Source: Planctomycetota bacterium (GTDB lineage: Bacteria; Planctomycetota; PLA2; JAEUHO01). From it: DNA of 64,000 nucleotides. Positions 42,058 to 51,704 of the stretch are shown piece by piece. The notes below the pieces were generated by a model, which was not told the DNA's origin, searched no databases, and saw only the letters and a program-made list of their open reading frames with translations. The stretch spans positions 128,001 to 192,000 of the forward strand of contig CBDCTJ010000003.1 in NCBI GenBank assembly GCA_965222115.1, given 5' to 3'. Positions within the stretch are counted from its first letter, which is position 1. Each line of letters opens with the position of its first letter. The translations under genes and the position numbers were made by a program.

Positions 42058-42897
42058 TCAGTTGTGAAGATGGGCGCCACATTGATGGCAGTAGTTGGCC
42101 TTGTGATCGTGGTCCTCGGCGCCGCATGAGGGACACGCTTGCGTGCTCACCGGTTTCAACGGCTCGGACCGCGCAAGCTCTACACTTACAATGCCCGTGG
42201 GAACGGCGATGATGCCGTAACCACAGATCATGACCAAGGACGCGATAAACTTGCCAAGCACGGTAATGGGCGCAATGTCGCCGTAGCCCACAGTGGTCAT
42301 GGTCACAATCGCCCAATAAACACTCTCTGGAATGCTCGTAAAGCCCGCCTCGGGGGGCTCGATGATGTACATGATCGTGCCGAGGATGAACACGAGCGCC
42401 ACCACACACACCAAGAACACGAGAATCTTGCGACGACTTGCCGCTAAGGCGCGCATGAGTAGGTCGGCTTCTACCAAAAAGTGGCCGAGTTTGAATACAC
42501 GAAACACGCGGAGCAGTCGCAGCACCCGAATGACCGCGAAGCTCGCCGAGCCGGGCCACAGGAATGTGAGCCACGTAGGCACGATCGCTAGAAGATCGAC
42601 GATGCCGTAAAAGCTGCGGGCATAGCGCAGAGGACGATCCACGCAGTAGAGTCGAAGGACATACTCCGCGGTGAATGCAATGGTGAGACCCCACTCAATC
42701 CTTGAGAGCAGATCGCCGTACCGCTCGCGAATCGCAGTCACGCTTTCAAGGCTGACAACAACAACGCTGGCCACAATGGCGATCAAAAGCGCGACATCAA
42801 ATGCCTTGCCCGCGGGCGTATCGGCCTCAAAGATGATCGTGTGCAGCTTGCGGCGCAGGCCGATATCTTGTGTGGGAGTCGTATCCACACGGGTCAC
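42058..42897 (-). CDS. Voltage-gated-type potassium channel (6TM ion transporter)
   Basis: S4 RVLRLLRVFRVFK, selectivity filter TTVGYGD, C-terminal CxxC/CxxC. Confidence 0.93.
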   Translation of the reverse strand: MTRVDTTPTQDIGLRRKLHTIIFEADTPAGKAFDVALLIAIVASVVVVSLESVTAIRERYGDLLSRIEWGLTIAFTAEYVLRLYCVDRPLRYARSFYGIVDLLAIVPTWLTFLWPGSASFAVIRVLRLLRVFRVFKLGHFLVEADLLMRALAASRRKILVFLVCVVALVFILGTIMYIIEPPEAGFTSIPESVYWAIVTMTTVGYGDIAPITVLGKFIASLVMICGYGIIAVPTGIVSVELARSEPLKPVSTQACPSCGAEDHDHKANYCHQCGAHLHN

Positions 42898-42948
42898 AAT
42901 AGACCGCTCACATTGAGGTGCCAGAGAAACATTGCATTGGACGTCGAG

Positions 42949-43398
42949 TTAGCCTTCGGCGGACGGTTCGGCACCTTCATCGGTCGGTGTCGCAGGTCGC
43001 TGCGTCTTGCTCACGCGAATGGCCTTTGTAGCAATCAAGCTTTCGTCCGAGAGCAGGTGAAATTCATATGTTCCGGGACGCGGCAGCGTCACGTTTCGGA
43101 GCTGCGCCGAGAGCTCGGTGGTTTGTAGAGGGCCGGGGATGCTGATTTCCGGCGGACGCCCCTTACCCAACACCTTGCCTTCTTCGATGTCCACGAGGCG
43201 GATCTCGAACTTGTACTTCCCGCGCGCATTCGTGATGTTGGCATAGATCCACAGCACGGGATGCACCGCCGGAAAGCGATCCGAACGCAGTTCATGGAAC
43301 ACGCCCACAAGTGACTTCTTGCCGGTCTGCGCATCGTGAATTACGCAGTCGCAAACGAGAAATGCCTTCACAACAGGGTCGGGCTTGGCCGTACTCAT
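42949..43398 (-). CDS. Conserved hypothetical beta-sandwich protein (DUF6941-like)
   Basis: AFLVCD...D..TGKKSLVGVF...FPA, PGTYEF pattern. Confidence 0.65.
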   Translation of the reverse strand: MSTAKPDPVVKAFLVCDCVIHDAQTGKKSLVGVFHELRSDRFPAVHPVLWIYANITNARGKYKFEIRLVDIEEGKVLGKGRPPEISIPGPLQTTELSAQLRNVTLPRPGTYEFHLLSDESLIATKAIRVSKTQRPATPTDEGAEPSAEG

Positions 43399-43420
43399 CG
43401 GGCTTGAAACTCCATGCGAC

Positions 43421-44332
43421 CTACTTTCGAGCACCAAAGGTGCGCGAAGCATCCTGCAAGAACGAACGTTCTTCACTGGTCAACGCATCCATGCCATTCG
43501 CTGAAATCTTTGCCAAGAGCGCATCGACGCGTTCGCGCACACGCCCCCGATCGGACTCGGCCCCATCCGATTGGGTATCGCTTGCATTGGGTTCTGGCAC
43601 GCGCACACTCGTCTTTCGCCGTAACCGTTTGGCCGGCGCCCCGCCCGGAAGACGAGCTCCAAGTCGTGTCCACAACCACGCCAGACCGACCGCAGCCACA
43701 CACACAACGCCACCCATAGGCACAAACAGAGCGCCACGCGACAGTCCGCGTGTCGCGCGACCGAATGCCACTTCTGTCGTCGCAATGCCCAGAATCAACA
43801 CGCCCGCCACCACGAAGAGCGGAACGTTGAAGAGACCGAAGGGTCGCACGTTGTCTCGCGGCCGATGGATCGCCGCAATGGCAAGAAGCATACAGAGCAA
43901 TGCATCCATGCCGACCGCCGCTCGTACCGGTCCACCCATGGCGAGTCCGATCACGGCATACATAAGCGCCAACACCACCATCGAGCCAAGGCAACACCAG
44001 AGATAGCGCCCGCGACCGAGCAGCGCTTCAACACGACGCCCCACCCAAAAGAACACGAGCATGTTGAAGAGTAGGTGGCCTACTTGAGGCAGGTGTAACC
44101 ACGGCGCGGTAAACAAACGCCATAGCTCACCCCCGCGCAGCGTGGCTTGAGGCTCCAACGTCAGGTGGGTAAAGATCCAGCGACCCGCGGGACTGCCCGA
44201 CCGCGCCATGCCTGCACTCACTACCCACACCACCACATAGACCGCCATCAAGACCAACGTGACGCGACCCGCTGCCGCCATTTCGGCCACAGTCGAGCGC
44301 TCTCGGATGTAGTCGCGGTCGTGAATGCCCAT
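43421..44332 (-). CDS. Rhomboid-like membrane protein, apparently catalytically dead, with DUF6576-like C-terminus
   Basis: MGIHDRDY N-terminus, WR and HLLFNM motifs, VDALLAKISANGMDALTSEER; the GxSG and H motifs are replaced. Confidence 0.8.
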   Translation of the reverse strand: MGIHDRDYIRERSTVAEMAAAGRVTLVLMAVYVVVWVVSAGMARSGSPAGRWIFTHLTLEPQATLRGGELWRLFTAPWLHLPQVGHLLFNMLVFFWVGRRVEALLGRGRYLWCCLGSMVVLALMYAVIGLAMGGPVRAAVGMDALLCMLLAIAAIHRPRDNVRPFGLFNVPLFVVAGVLILGIATTEVAFGRATRGLSRGALFVPMGGVVCVAAVGLAWLWTRLGARLPGGAPAKRLRRKTSVRVPEPNASDTQSDGAESDRGRVRERVDALLAKISANGMDALTSEERSFLQDASRTFGARK

Positions 44333-44487
44333 GCGGTGTCCTGGCGAAGCGTTGCGCCCGAGTTTCACGGCGATTTGCGCGTCCGAAAAGCGGGAACCGG
44401 CCTTCCATTCACCTTACTCCCTCCATGAGCGACTTCGTGCTGGTGCCACAGGTGGTCGCGACCGCCACGTGCCCCGATACTCCGCGC

Positions 44488-45405
44488 ATGACCACCTCGT
44501 CGAAGCCACACATCTTGGATGGCCGCGCGCTCGCCGCGGAGATTCGCAAGGAATTCGCGCCCCGCGTGGAGGCGCTTGTCGCATCGAGACGCCGACCACG
44601 ATTGGTGGTTGTCGAAGTGGGTGAAGATGAGGCGGCGCGCGCGTACTTGCGCGGTCAGCGACGGGGCGCCGAGCGCTGGAACATTGGATTTCGGCGGCTC
44701 ACCCTGCCTGCCGAATCTACCGAGCGCAGCGTTGCGCGTGCGATTCGCTCGCTCAACAACGACGACACGGTCACCGGCATTTTGCTTTCCATGCCCCTCC
44801 CCCCTGGCCTCGGCGCGCGCACGCTGCAACGGACGATTGACCCCGAGAAGGACGTCGAGGGCGTTCATCCCGAAAACCTGGGTGGGTGCCTCTACGGACG
44901 CTATGGGCTATTGCCGTGCACTGCGCTTGCGTCGATGGCCTTGATCGAAGCAAGCGGTGTCCCCCTGCAAGGCAAGGAAGCCGTCGTGGTCGGCCATAGC
45001 GAGATTGTTGGCAAACCACTGAGCCTGTTGCTTCTGGCACAAGACGCCACCGTCACCACGTGTCACAAGTTCACCGCAAACCTCGCTGCTCACACGCGAC
45101 GCGCCGATGTACTCGCCGTCGCCGTCGGCAAACCGGACCTTATTCGTGTAGACATGGTGAAAGAAGGCGCCGTCGTCATCGACATTGGCATTAACGCCGT
45201 CACTCACCCCGACGATTCCGCAAAGATGCGCATTGTAGGAGACGTGGCGTTTGATGAAGTGGCCGCGAAGGCGGCCCACATTACGCCTGTTCCCCGTGGC
45301 GTGGGGCCCGTTACGGTTGCGATGTTGATGCGTAACACAGTGCTAGCGGCGGAGGGCATGCCGCCGTTGGATGATCCGAATCAGTTGCCTTTGTTTCAGG
45401 TCTAG
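44488..45405 (+). CDS. folD: Methylenetetrahydrofolate dehydrogenase/cyclohydrolase
   Basis: ILDG, KDVEG.HP.N.G, PCT, GHSEIVGKP, VIDIGIN, TPVP.GVGP.T. Confidence 0.94.
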   Translation: MTTSSKPHILDGRALAAEIRKEFAPRVEALVASRRRPRLVVVEVGEDEAARAYLRGQRRGAERWNIGFRRLTLPAESTERSVARAIRSLNNDDTVTGILLSMPLPPGLGARTLQRTIDPEKDVEGVHPENLGGCLYGRYGLLPCTALASMALIEASGVPLQGKEAVVVGHSEIVGKPLSLLLLAQDATVTTCHKFTANLAAHTRRADVLAVAVGKPDLIRVDMVKEGAVVIDIGINAVTHPDDSAKMRIVGDVAFDEVAAKAAHITPVPRGVGPVTVAMLMRNTVLAAEGMPPLDDPNQLPLFQV

Positions 45406-45583
45406 CAGCGTCTCGATTCGGGCGAGATCACCCTTCTCTGAACCTGAATCTTCATCTGTTTCCTCACTCTCTATCCTTCACCAACTCGCAATCATTGAGC
45501 AGCACGCGCACGTTCATGTGATCGCTACCAAAGTCAGGGCCGGGCGAACGATCCACCGCCAGCTTCGAAGTTGGTACAAAACG

Positions 45584-45616
45584 AAAAAATCCGGCGCCCC
45601 GGGAGGAAGCGCCGGA
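45584..45616 (-). terminator. Intrinsic terminator downstream of the porin gene
   Basis: TCCGGCGC/GCGCCGGA stem followed on the minus strand by a T6 run. Confidence 0.65.
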
Positions 45617-45737
45617 ATCCCATGAATCAGGCGGGAGAGAAACATAAACATGCGCGCAAGTGCACATTCATGAATCGATGAGGGTTCGAGGGTCGAACCC
45701 GAAATCATTTATCTATGCGTTCTACGAGTCGACGTGT

Positions 45738-47090
45738 CTACCAGTCAACTTGGAAACGCATACCGAAAGCGGAGAAGTCTTCGTCGCCACCGACGCCCAC
45801 GAGGCCACCATCCTGAACGTTGCCGATGATGTAGTTGGCCATAATGCGTGCGTTCGGTGTGAGGTGCCAGTTGACGCCCAACGTGATGAGTGTCTGTTCG
45901 CCGCCAGCAACATTCCCGTCGTTGAGATCGAGAACGTCGTAACGCGCCGCAACTTCCCAGCCACCCTTGCAGCAACAATCCTCATCCAAGAAGTCGCAGC
46001 AAGGCTTTACGCGACTAAACAGTCCCTTCTTGTATTTGCGACACTCGCCCGTGAGCCAGTAGCTCGCTTGTACGTAGTAACCGCTAAAGGTTGGGTCATC
46101 TGCAAGCCCTGAGTCCACGCTGGCACTGAAGTACTCTGCCTGAACCGACCATGGGCCGTACACAAGCGCGGTTTCCAGACCCCAGACCAAGTAGTCTTCG
46201 GCATCCTCGCCGGCGACATCGCCCGGAATCGTTCCGGTATTCACCAATCGCGTGTCATCGATATGAAGACCCGGACGTGCGCGGAAGCGTACGCGAGATG
46301 TGTCATGGCGACTCGTCACCGAAGCGCCGATGTGCCACAGTTTGCAATCACATGAGCAGTCCATCCAGGGCGTGTAGCCGACGCGAGCCGTGATTCCATA
46401 GCCATCGTCTTCCCAGATGTTGGCGCCTTCGTCACCCGCAACACCAGGCGTTGCACCACCGAAGAAGCCCACGCCATAGTTCAGCTGACCACCGAGAAGT
46501 GAATCGTAGAGCATGACGCCTGCGTTGCGAGACGGTGCGAATGCGTTGGTAGACGCCGCGCGTTCCATGAAGGTGATGTACTTAGAACTTGTCTGCGCTT
46601 CCAACCCAAACGGCTCAAAAAAGTGACCGACGCGGAAGTTGGGCACGCCACATCCCCAACACTCGCGCAGGTGATTGAAGTCGATGTAGAGGTCCTTGAA
46701 CGAAACATCGCCATCGGCAAAGTCGAGCTGCGACTTAAAGCCAATGTGTTTGCTGATCTGACCAGCAAAGTAGATTCGTGCCCGACGGAACTCGACGCCG
46801 TCTTCGAGATCAATGTTCAGTGGCGGATCCTCGAGGTCATCGTCCCCGTAAAATCCAAAGTCCACCATTAGGCGTCCGCCCATCTTGAGCTTGACATCGC
46901 CTGCGTCCATGCGGATCCCGTTCTTCCAGTACACCCGGAAGTCGCCTTTTCCGCCGCCGCCATGCTCTTTCATGTACGACTTGATTTCTTCCTGAACGAT
47001 CGAGCGGACGTCGTCGTCGGCTCTTGCTTCCTGCGGCCACGCCACCAAACCGATGGTGGCGACCACGAAGCACAATGCAATTGCGCGCAT
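45738..47090 (-). CDS. OprO/OprP-type phosphate-selective porin with Cys-rich insertions
   Basis: Signal peptide; EFRRAR, GHFFEPFGLE..TSS....FMER, RFRARP, GYYVQASYWLTGE, WEVAARY, LGVNW, terminal FQVDW. Confidence 0.9.
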   Translation of the reverse strand: MRAIALCFVVATIGLVAWPQEARADDDVRSIVQEEIKSYMKEHGGGGKGDFRVYWKNGIRMDAGDVKLKMGGRLMVDFGFYGDDDLEDPPLNIDLEDGVEFRRARIYFAGQISKHIGFKSQLDFADGDVSFKDLYIDFNHLRECWGCGVPNFRVGHFFEPFGLEAQTSSKYITFMERAASTNAFAPSRNAGVMLYDSLLGGQLNYGVGFFGGATPGVAGDEGANIWEDDGYGITARVGYTPWMDCSCDCKLWHIGASVTSRHDTSRVRFRARPGLHIDDTRLVNTGTIPGDVAGEDAEDYLVWGLETALVYGPWSVQAEYFSASVDSGLADDPTFSGYYVQASYWLTGECRKYKKGLFSRVKPCCDFLDEDCCCKGGWEVAARYDVLDLNDGNVAGGEQTLITLGVNWHLTPNARIMANYIIGNVQDGGLVGVGGDEDFSAFGMRFQVDW

Positions 47091-47344
47091 AGGGACTCCC
47101 TCCTTAAGAAACGTCCTTGCGCATTCAGTCTAGGTTTTGAAAACAACTCGCCAAAAACCAAATAGACACTGAAATATGAACATTTGAAGTAGGTCGGGCG
47201 CTATGGGCCGTTGGGACCGGCGCCTACGTCCCGCTGCATTCCCGACGCCGATACGAGGTCAATGTTCAATCGGCACGGGCCATGCCGTGCGGCGTATACG
47301 GGCCATGCCGGATGGTGCACACGGGCTGCGTCCATGGTTTTGCG

Positions 47345-47388
47345 ATCTTCTCGCAGTCTTTTCACAATCTTCTCGAAATCTTCTCACA
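47345..47388. promoter_or_regulatory. Four 11-bp direct repeats, Pho-box/OmpR-family-like operator
   Basis: ATCTTCTCGCA GTCTTTTCACA ATCTTCTCGAA ATCTTCTCACA, about 255-300 bp upstream of the porin start. Confidence 0.6.
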
Positions 47389-47651
47389 ATACGTCTGCCG
47401 ACACACTACGTCCGCAAACACACTGGGAGCGAGATCCAATCGCGTCATTCGATCGTTACGCATGTAGCCCCGCGTGTTGCCCGATGAATACGCATTGGAA
47501 ACGGGGAGCATGGATACAGATTATGATTCAGCTTCGGAGAAGGATCCTGCTTCTACGCTGAACCTGAGCCGCTTGCCCTACCCAACGTCTAGGTGCTATC
47601 GCAGTTCGTCGCGGTGATACGAACGTGACAATACGGAGGGGTTGTGTCGAC

Positions 47652-49754
47652 TTAACGCTGCTCGCTCTGCGCAAGCGCTTGACGCACCGTATGGCAAACA
47701 CCGTCAACATGGAATCCGTAGTCGCGGAACAGCTCTGTGGCAGGTGCGCTCGCCCCAAATCGGTCCACACCCACAATCGCGCCGTGACGGCCCACCCAGC
47801 GATGCCAGCCAAAACTTGCGCCCGCCTCCACGGCAATGCACACATCGCAACCGCCGAATACCGCTTCGGTGTCGGATTGCGACTCGAATTGCTCCCAACA
47901 GGGCATAGACACGACACGAGCGGCAATCCCCTCCTTCTTGAGTGCTGCTGCCGCGTCGACTGCAAGGCCAACTTCGGATCCCGTGGCAATGAGTACCGCA
48001 TCGGGCCGTACGGCACCCTCGACGACGATGTAGGCGCCGTTCTCAACGCCTGCCGCGGGCGGGGTCGCGGGCGATTCAATTGGTGCTGTGCGCTGACGCG
48101 TGAGAATGAGCGCCGTAGGACCCTCGCGCTTGAGTGCCAATCGCCATGCCGCGGCGGTCTCGACCGAGTCCGCAGGCCGGACGACGTGAAGACCGGGCAT
48201 GGCACGCAAGCTGGCCACATGCTCGATGGGTTGATGGGTGGGCCCGTCCTCCCCCACGCCCAACGAGTCGTGCGTGAACACGTAAATCACTGGAAGCTTC
48301 ATGAGCGCCGCCAAACGAATGGAAGGGCGCATATAGTCGCTAAATACAAGGAACGTGCCGCCGTACGGACGGAATCCTCCATGCAGCGCCATGCCGTTGA
48401 GAACGCCGCCCATGGCGTGTTCGCGAATCCCAAAATGAATCGTGCGTCCACTGAAATCTGCGCGCGACACGTCGCCGGATCCCTTGATGGTGGTCTTGTT
48501 GGAGCCCGCGAGATCGGCGGATCCACCCACCAACGCCGGGATAACGCTACCGAGTTTGTTGAGTACACGACCCGATGAGGCGCGCGTGGCTTCTGCACCT
48601 TGCGGACCCTTCATTTCACCGGCAATGGTGTCTTCCCAGCCAGTTGGCAACTCGCCGCGAACATCGCGCAAGAATGCCTTTGCTTTGTCTGGGTTGGCCT
48701 CTGAATAGGCGGTGTACTGCTTGTCCCATGCGTCCCGCAACGCCTCGCCGCGCCGACCCATCTCATGCATATGCGCTCGAACCCGCTCGGGGACGAAGAA
48801 CGTGGCATCCTCGGGCCAGCCGAGCGCCTTCTTCGTGAGGGCAATTTCTTCTTCGCCAAGTGGGGCACCGTGGGCCGATGACGTGTCTTGCTTGTTGGGA
48901 CTCCCGTGGCCAATGTGGGTGCGGCAGATAACGAGCGTGGGTCGATCCGATGAAATCGCAGCGTCAATCGCGGCACGATACGCCGGGAGCCCTTGGTCTT
49001 CTTCATCGACCGAGGCGCTCGTTACATGCCAACCGTAGCTCTTGAATCGCGCGCCTACGTCCTCAGAGAATGACAGATCGATACCGCCATCGATGGTGAT
49101 GCGGTTGTCGTCCCAGAACACACAGAGCTTTTTTAGACGCAGATGCCCCGCAAGACTCGCTGCTTCACATGCGACGCCTTCCATCAGATCACCGTCGCTG
49201 GCAATGACCCACGTGCGGTGGTTGACAACGGCGTGCTGCTCGGTGTTGTAGCGTGACGCAAACATCTCTTCAGCGAGCGCCATGCCAACGCCATTCGCGA
49301 CTCCCTGTCCCAAGGGTCCGGTTGTGGTTTCGACACCGGGCACTTCGCGGTACTCAGGATGACCTGCGGCCGGACTATGCCGTTGCCGGAACGCTTTGAT
49401 GTCATCCAAACCAAGTTCGTAACCGGTGAGATGGAGCATGGCATACTGCAACATGCTTGCGTGCCCGCAAGACAAGATGAATCGATCGCGGTCGATCCAA
49501 TCCGGATTCGCGCTCGTGTACCGCATCCCGTATGTCCAAAGCGCATAGGCAAGCGGTGCAAGTCCCATGGGCGTTCCAGGATGCCCCGAACGCGCCGCCT
49601 GCACAGCGTCCATACTCAGACAACGAATGGTGTCGATGGTTAGGCTAGCGACATCGCGATCCTTGACGGCCCGTTCGAAACTCGACGCATCAGATGACAC
49701 CGCTGCTTCCTCCGATATCGCTGTGCTCCGCGACTGCTTTCGTCCCTGTTCCAT
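47652..49754 (-). CDS. tkt: Transketolase
   Basis: SGHPG, DRDRFILSCGH, TTGPLGQG, SDGDLMEG, GIREHAM, GEDGPTHQP. Start may be slightly downstream. Confidence 0.97.
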   Translation of the reverse strand: MEQGRKQSRSTAISEEAAVSSDASSFERAVKDRDVASLTIDTIRCLSMDAVQAARSGHPGTPMGLAPLAYALWTYGMRYTSANPDWIDRDRFILSCGHASMLQYAMLHLTGYELGLDDIKAFRQRHSPAAGHPEYREVPGVETTTGPLGQGVANGVGMALAEEMFASRYNTEQHAVVNHRTWVIASDGDLMEGVACEAASLAGHLRLKKLCVFWDDNRITIDGGIDLSFSEDVGARFKSYGWHVTSASVDEEDQGLPAYRAAIDAAISSDRPTLVICRTHIGHGSPNKQDTSSAHGAPLGEEEIALTKKALGWPEDATFFVPERVRAHMHEMGRRGEALRDAWDKQYTAYSEANPDKAKAFLRDVRGELPTGWEDTIAGEMKGPQGAEATRASSGRVLNKLGSVIPALVGGSADLAGSNKTTIKGSGDVSRADFSGRTIHFGIREHAMGGVLNGMALHGGFRPYGGTFLVFSDYMRPSIRLAALMKLPVIYVFTHDSLGVGEDGPTHQPIEHVASLRAMPGLHVVRPADSVETAAAWRLALKREGPTALILTRQRTAPIESPATPPAAGVENGAYIVVEGAVRPDAVLIATGSEVGLAVDAAAALKKEGIAARVVSMPCWEQFESQSDTEAVFGGCDVCIAVEAGASFGWHRWVGRHGAIVGVDRFGASAPATELFRDYGFHVDGVCHTVRQALAQSEQR

Positions 49755-49925
49755 ACCGTCGCTCCATTCGAATCAAGCGCGAATCGCGCCAAAGTCGAGC
49801 AATCACCCGCGCGCGTATCGTTCCCTGCCTTGCGAGGGATTCTAGTCCTCCCCGGCCCCATGGAATCACTCGCGCCACCGCCTCCCTCCAGTCCACCCCA
49901 CGGGCAACGCTGACCCCTCAACTCC

Positions 49926-49966
49926 AAAAATAAAGCTGACCCCACGCCCTAAGACGCGGGGTCAGT
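49926..49966 (-). terminator. Intrinsic terminator after the repeat lipoprotein gene, one of three consecutive hairpins in 49926-50050
   Basis: GCTGACCCC...GGGGTCAGT stem followed by TTTATTTTT on the minus strand. Confidence 0.65.
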
Positions 49967-50093
49967 AATTCGTGCCGAGGCGTTGTACGGGCCACCTCGG
50001 CCCGAGAGAAGCCTCAGTTCGCCCCGCGGCGTCTTACAACGCCGCGAAGCGGACTATCAAAGCGATTATCGCTGGTTCGTTAGCTACCGACTG

Positions 50094-51704
50094 CTAGTTG
50101 CAGGGAGAGCATAGCCCGGGGACCTCGCAGCCGGGGCTACGACGCCATTCCCAGCGGGAGGGCGCAACCATACGACGGGTCGTACGAGTCGCGTACTCGG
50201 CGGGAATCGGGATGCAACGCGTACGCGCAGGCGTAACGACGTATTGCTCAGCAACTTCGCGGTACTCAGCAGGAATGACTTCCTGGCGGCAGCTTGCGGG
50301 CTTCACCATCACACGCTCCATGACCGTCTTGTATTCGGCCGGGATCGGGATCTGGCGGGTGCTCGCGGGGCGAACGAGAACCTGCTTGGTACGTGTACCG
50401 TACTCAGCGGGAATGGTTTCCGTGCGGCAGCTTGCGGGCTTCACCATCACACGCTCCATGACCGTCTTGTATTCGGCCGGGATCGGGATCTGGCGGGTGC
50501 TCGCGGGACGAACGCAAACCTGCTTGGTGCGCGTGCCGTACTGGGCGGGAATCACTTCCGTACGGCTGCTAGCCGGGCGAATGCAATAGCGCTCCTGAAC
50601 GGTGCGATACTCGGCGGGGATGGTCTCGGTGCGGCAGCTTGCCGGACGAACCAATACGCGCTCCTGAACAGTATTGTACTGAGCGGGAATGGTCTCGGTG
50701 CGGCAGCTAGCGGGACGCACACAAACCTGACGGGTAACCGTCCGGTACTGCGGCGGGCACTGCTGAAGCTGCCAGCAATCACCACGGGTTTCGCCGGGAT
50801 TAACACCGCCACCCGTCTGGCAATCAATACGACGCCACTGGGTGGAACCGGGGCTGACCATGACCTGCTGCGACTGCGTGGTGTATTCGGCAGGAATCGG
50901 AATCTGACGAGTGCTCGCCGGACGTACGCAAACCTGCTTCGCACGCATTGTGTACTCGGCAGGAATCGGAATCTGGCGAGTGCTCGCCGGACGCACGAGA
51001 ACCTGCTTGGTACGTGTACCAAACTCAGCGGGAATCGGAATCACGCGAGTGCTCGCCGGACGAATGCAGTAGCGCTCTTCGACCGTGTTGTACTGCGCGG
51101 GAATCGTTTCGGTACGGCTGCTAGCCGGACGCACACAAACCTGCTTCGGACGCATTGCGTATTCAGCGGGGATCGGAATCTGACGAGTGCTCGCCGGACG
51201 AATGCAGTAGCGCTCTTCGACCGTCCTGTACTCGGCGGGAATCGTTTCGGTGCGGCAGCTTGCCGGACGAGCCAAAACCTGCTTCGGACGCATTGCGTAT
51301 TCAGCGGGAATCGGAATCTGGCGAGTGCTCGCCGGGCGGACCATGACGCGACGCGTACGCGTGCCCATCACAGCAGGAATCGTCTCTTGACGCTGCGAAG
51401 CTGGACGCACGCAAACCTGGACGGGAACGTCCTGATATTGCGCAGGTACCATTACGCGGCACCATGCCTCGCCGGGACGTGCTTGCGGCGGAAGGTCACC
51501 AGGACCTCCAGTTACGCCAGCAACCTGACCGACAGGCATTGTACCAACAGGCATCGCCGGACCGCACGCAGGCGGTTCGGGATCGGGAGACGGGCTCGCG
51601 TTAAGCGAGCACGTGTTGCAGGTAGGAAATAGGTCAACGCCGCAACAACCAGCGAGGACCGTGCAGAGACCCACAACGAACAAGGTGAAAATCCCTCGTC
51701 GCAT
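50094..51704 (-). CDS. Cys-rich lipoprotein with 18 x 23-aa PAxY...PAS repeats (69-bp DNA period)
   Basis: GAGGAGG RBS, lipobox VLAGC, 9 repeats + C-x14-C loop + 9 repeats. Confidence 0.88.
   Translation of the reverse strand: MRRGIFTLFVVGLCTVLAGCCGVDLFPTCNTCSLNASPSPDPEPPACGPAMPVGTMPVGQVAGVTGGPGDLPPQARPGEAWCRVMVPAQYQDVPVQVCVRPASQRQETIPAVMGTRTRRVMVRPASTRQIPIPAEYAMRPKQVLARPASCRTETIPAEYRTVEERYCIRPASTRQIPIPAEYAMRPKQVCVRPASSRTETIPAQYNTVEERYCIRPASTRVIPIPAEFGTRTKQVLVRPASTRQIPIPAEYTMRAKQVCVRPASTRQIPIPAEYTTQSQQVMVSPGSTQWRRIDCQTGGGVNPGETRGDCWQLQQCPPQYRTVTRQVCVRPASCRTETIPAQYNTVQERVLVRPASCRTETIPAEYRTVQERYCIRPASSRTEVIPAQYGTRTKQVCVRPASTRQIPIPAEYKTVMERVMVKPASCRTETIPAEYGTRTKQVLVRPASTRQIPIPAEYKTVMERVMVKPASCRQEVIPAEYREVAEQYVVTPARTRCIPIPAEYATRTTRRMVAPSRWEWRRSPGCEVPGLCSPCN

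Noticed and set aside
50094-51500. Regular DNA repeats as a CRISPR array
   Set aside because: The 69-bp period is in-frame coding repetition with synonymous variation. There are no unique spacers and no cas genes.
50244-51632. Long antisense ORFs (this one, and also 7112..8161, 12796..13650, 60866..61777)
   Set aside because: Shadow frames of well-supported genes in GC-rich or repetitive DNA, with no recognisable motifs.
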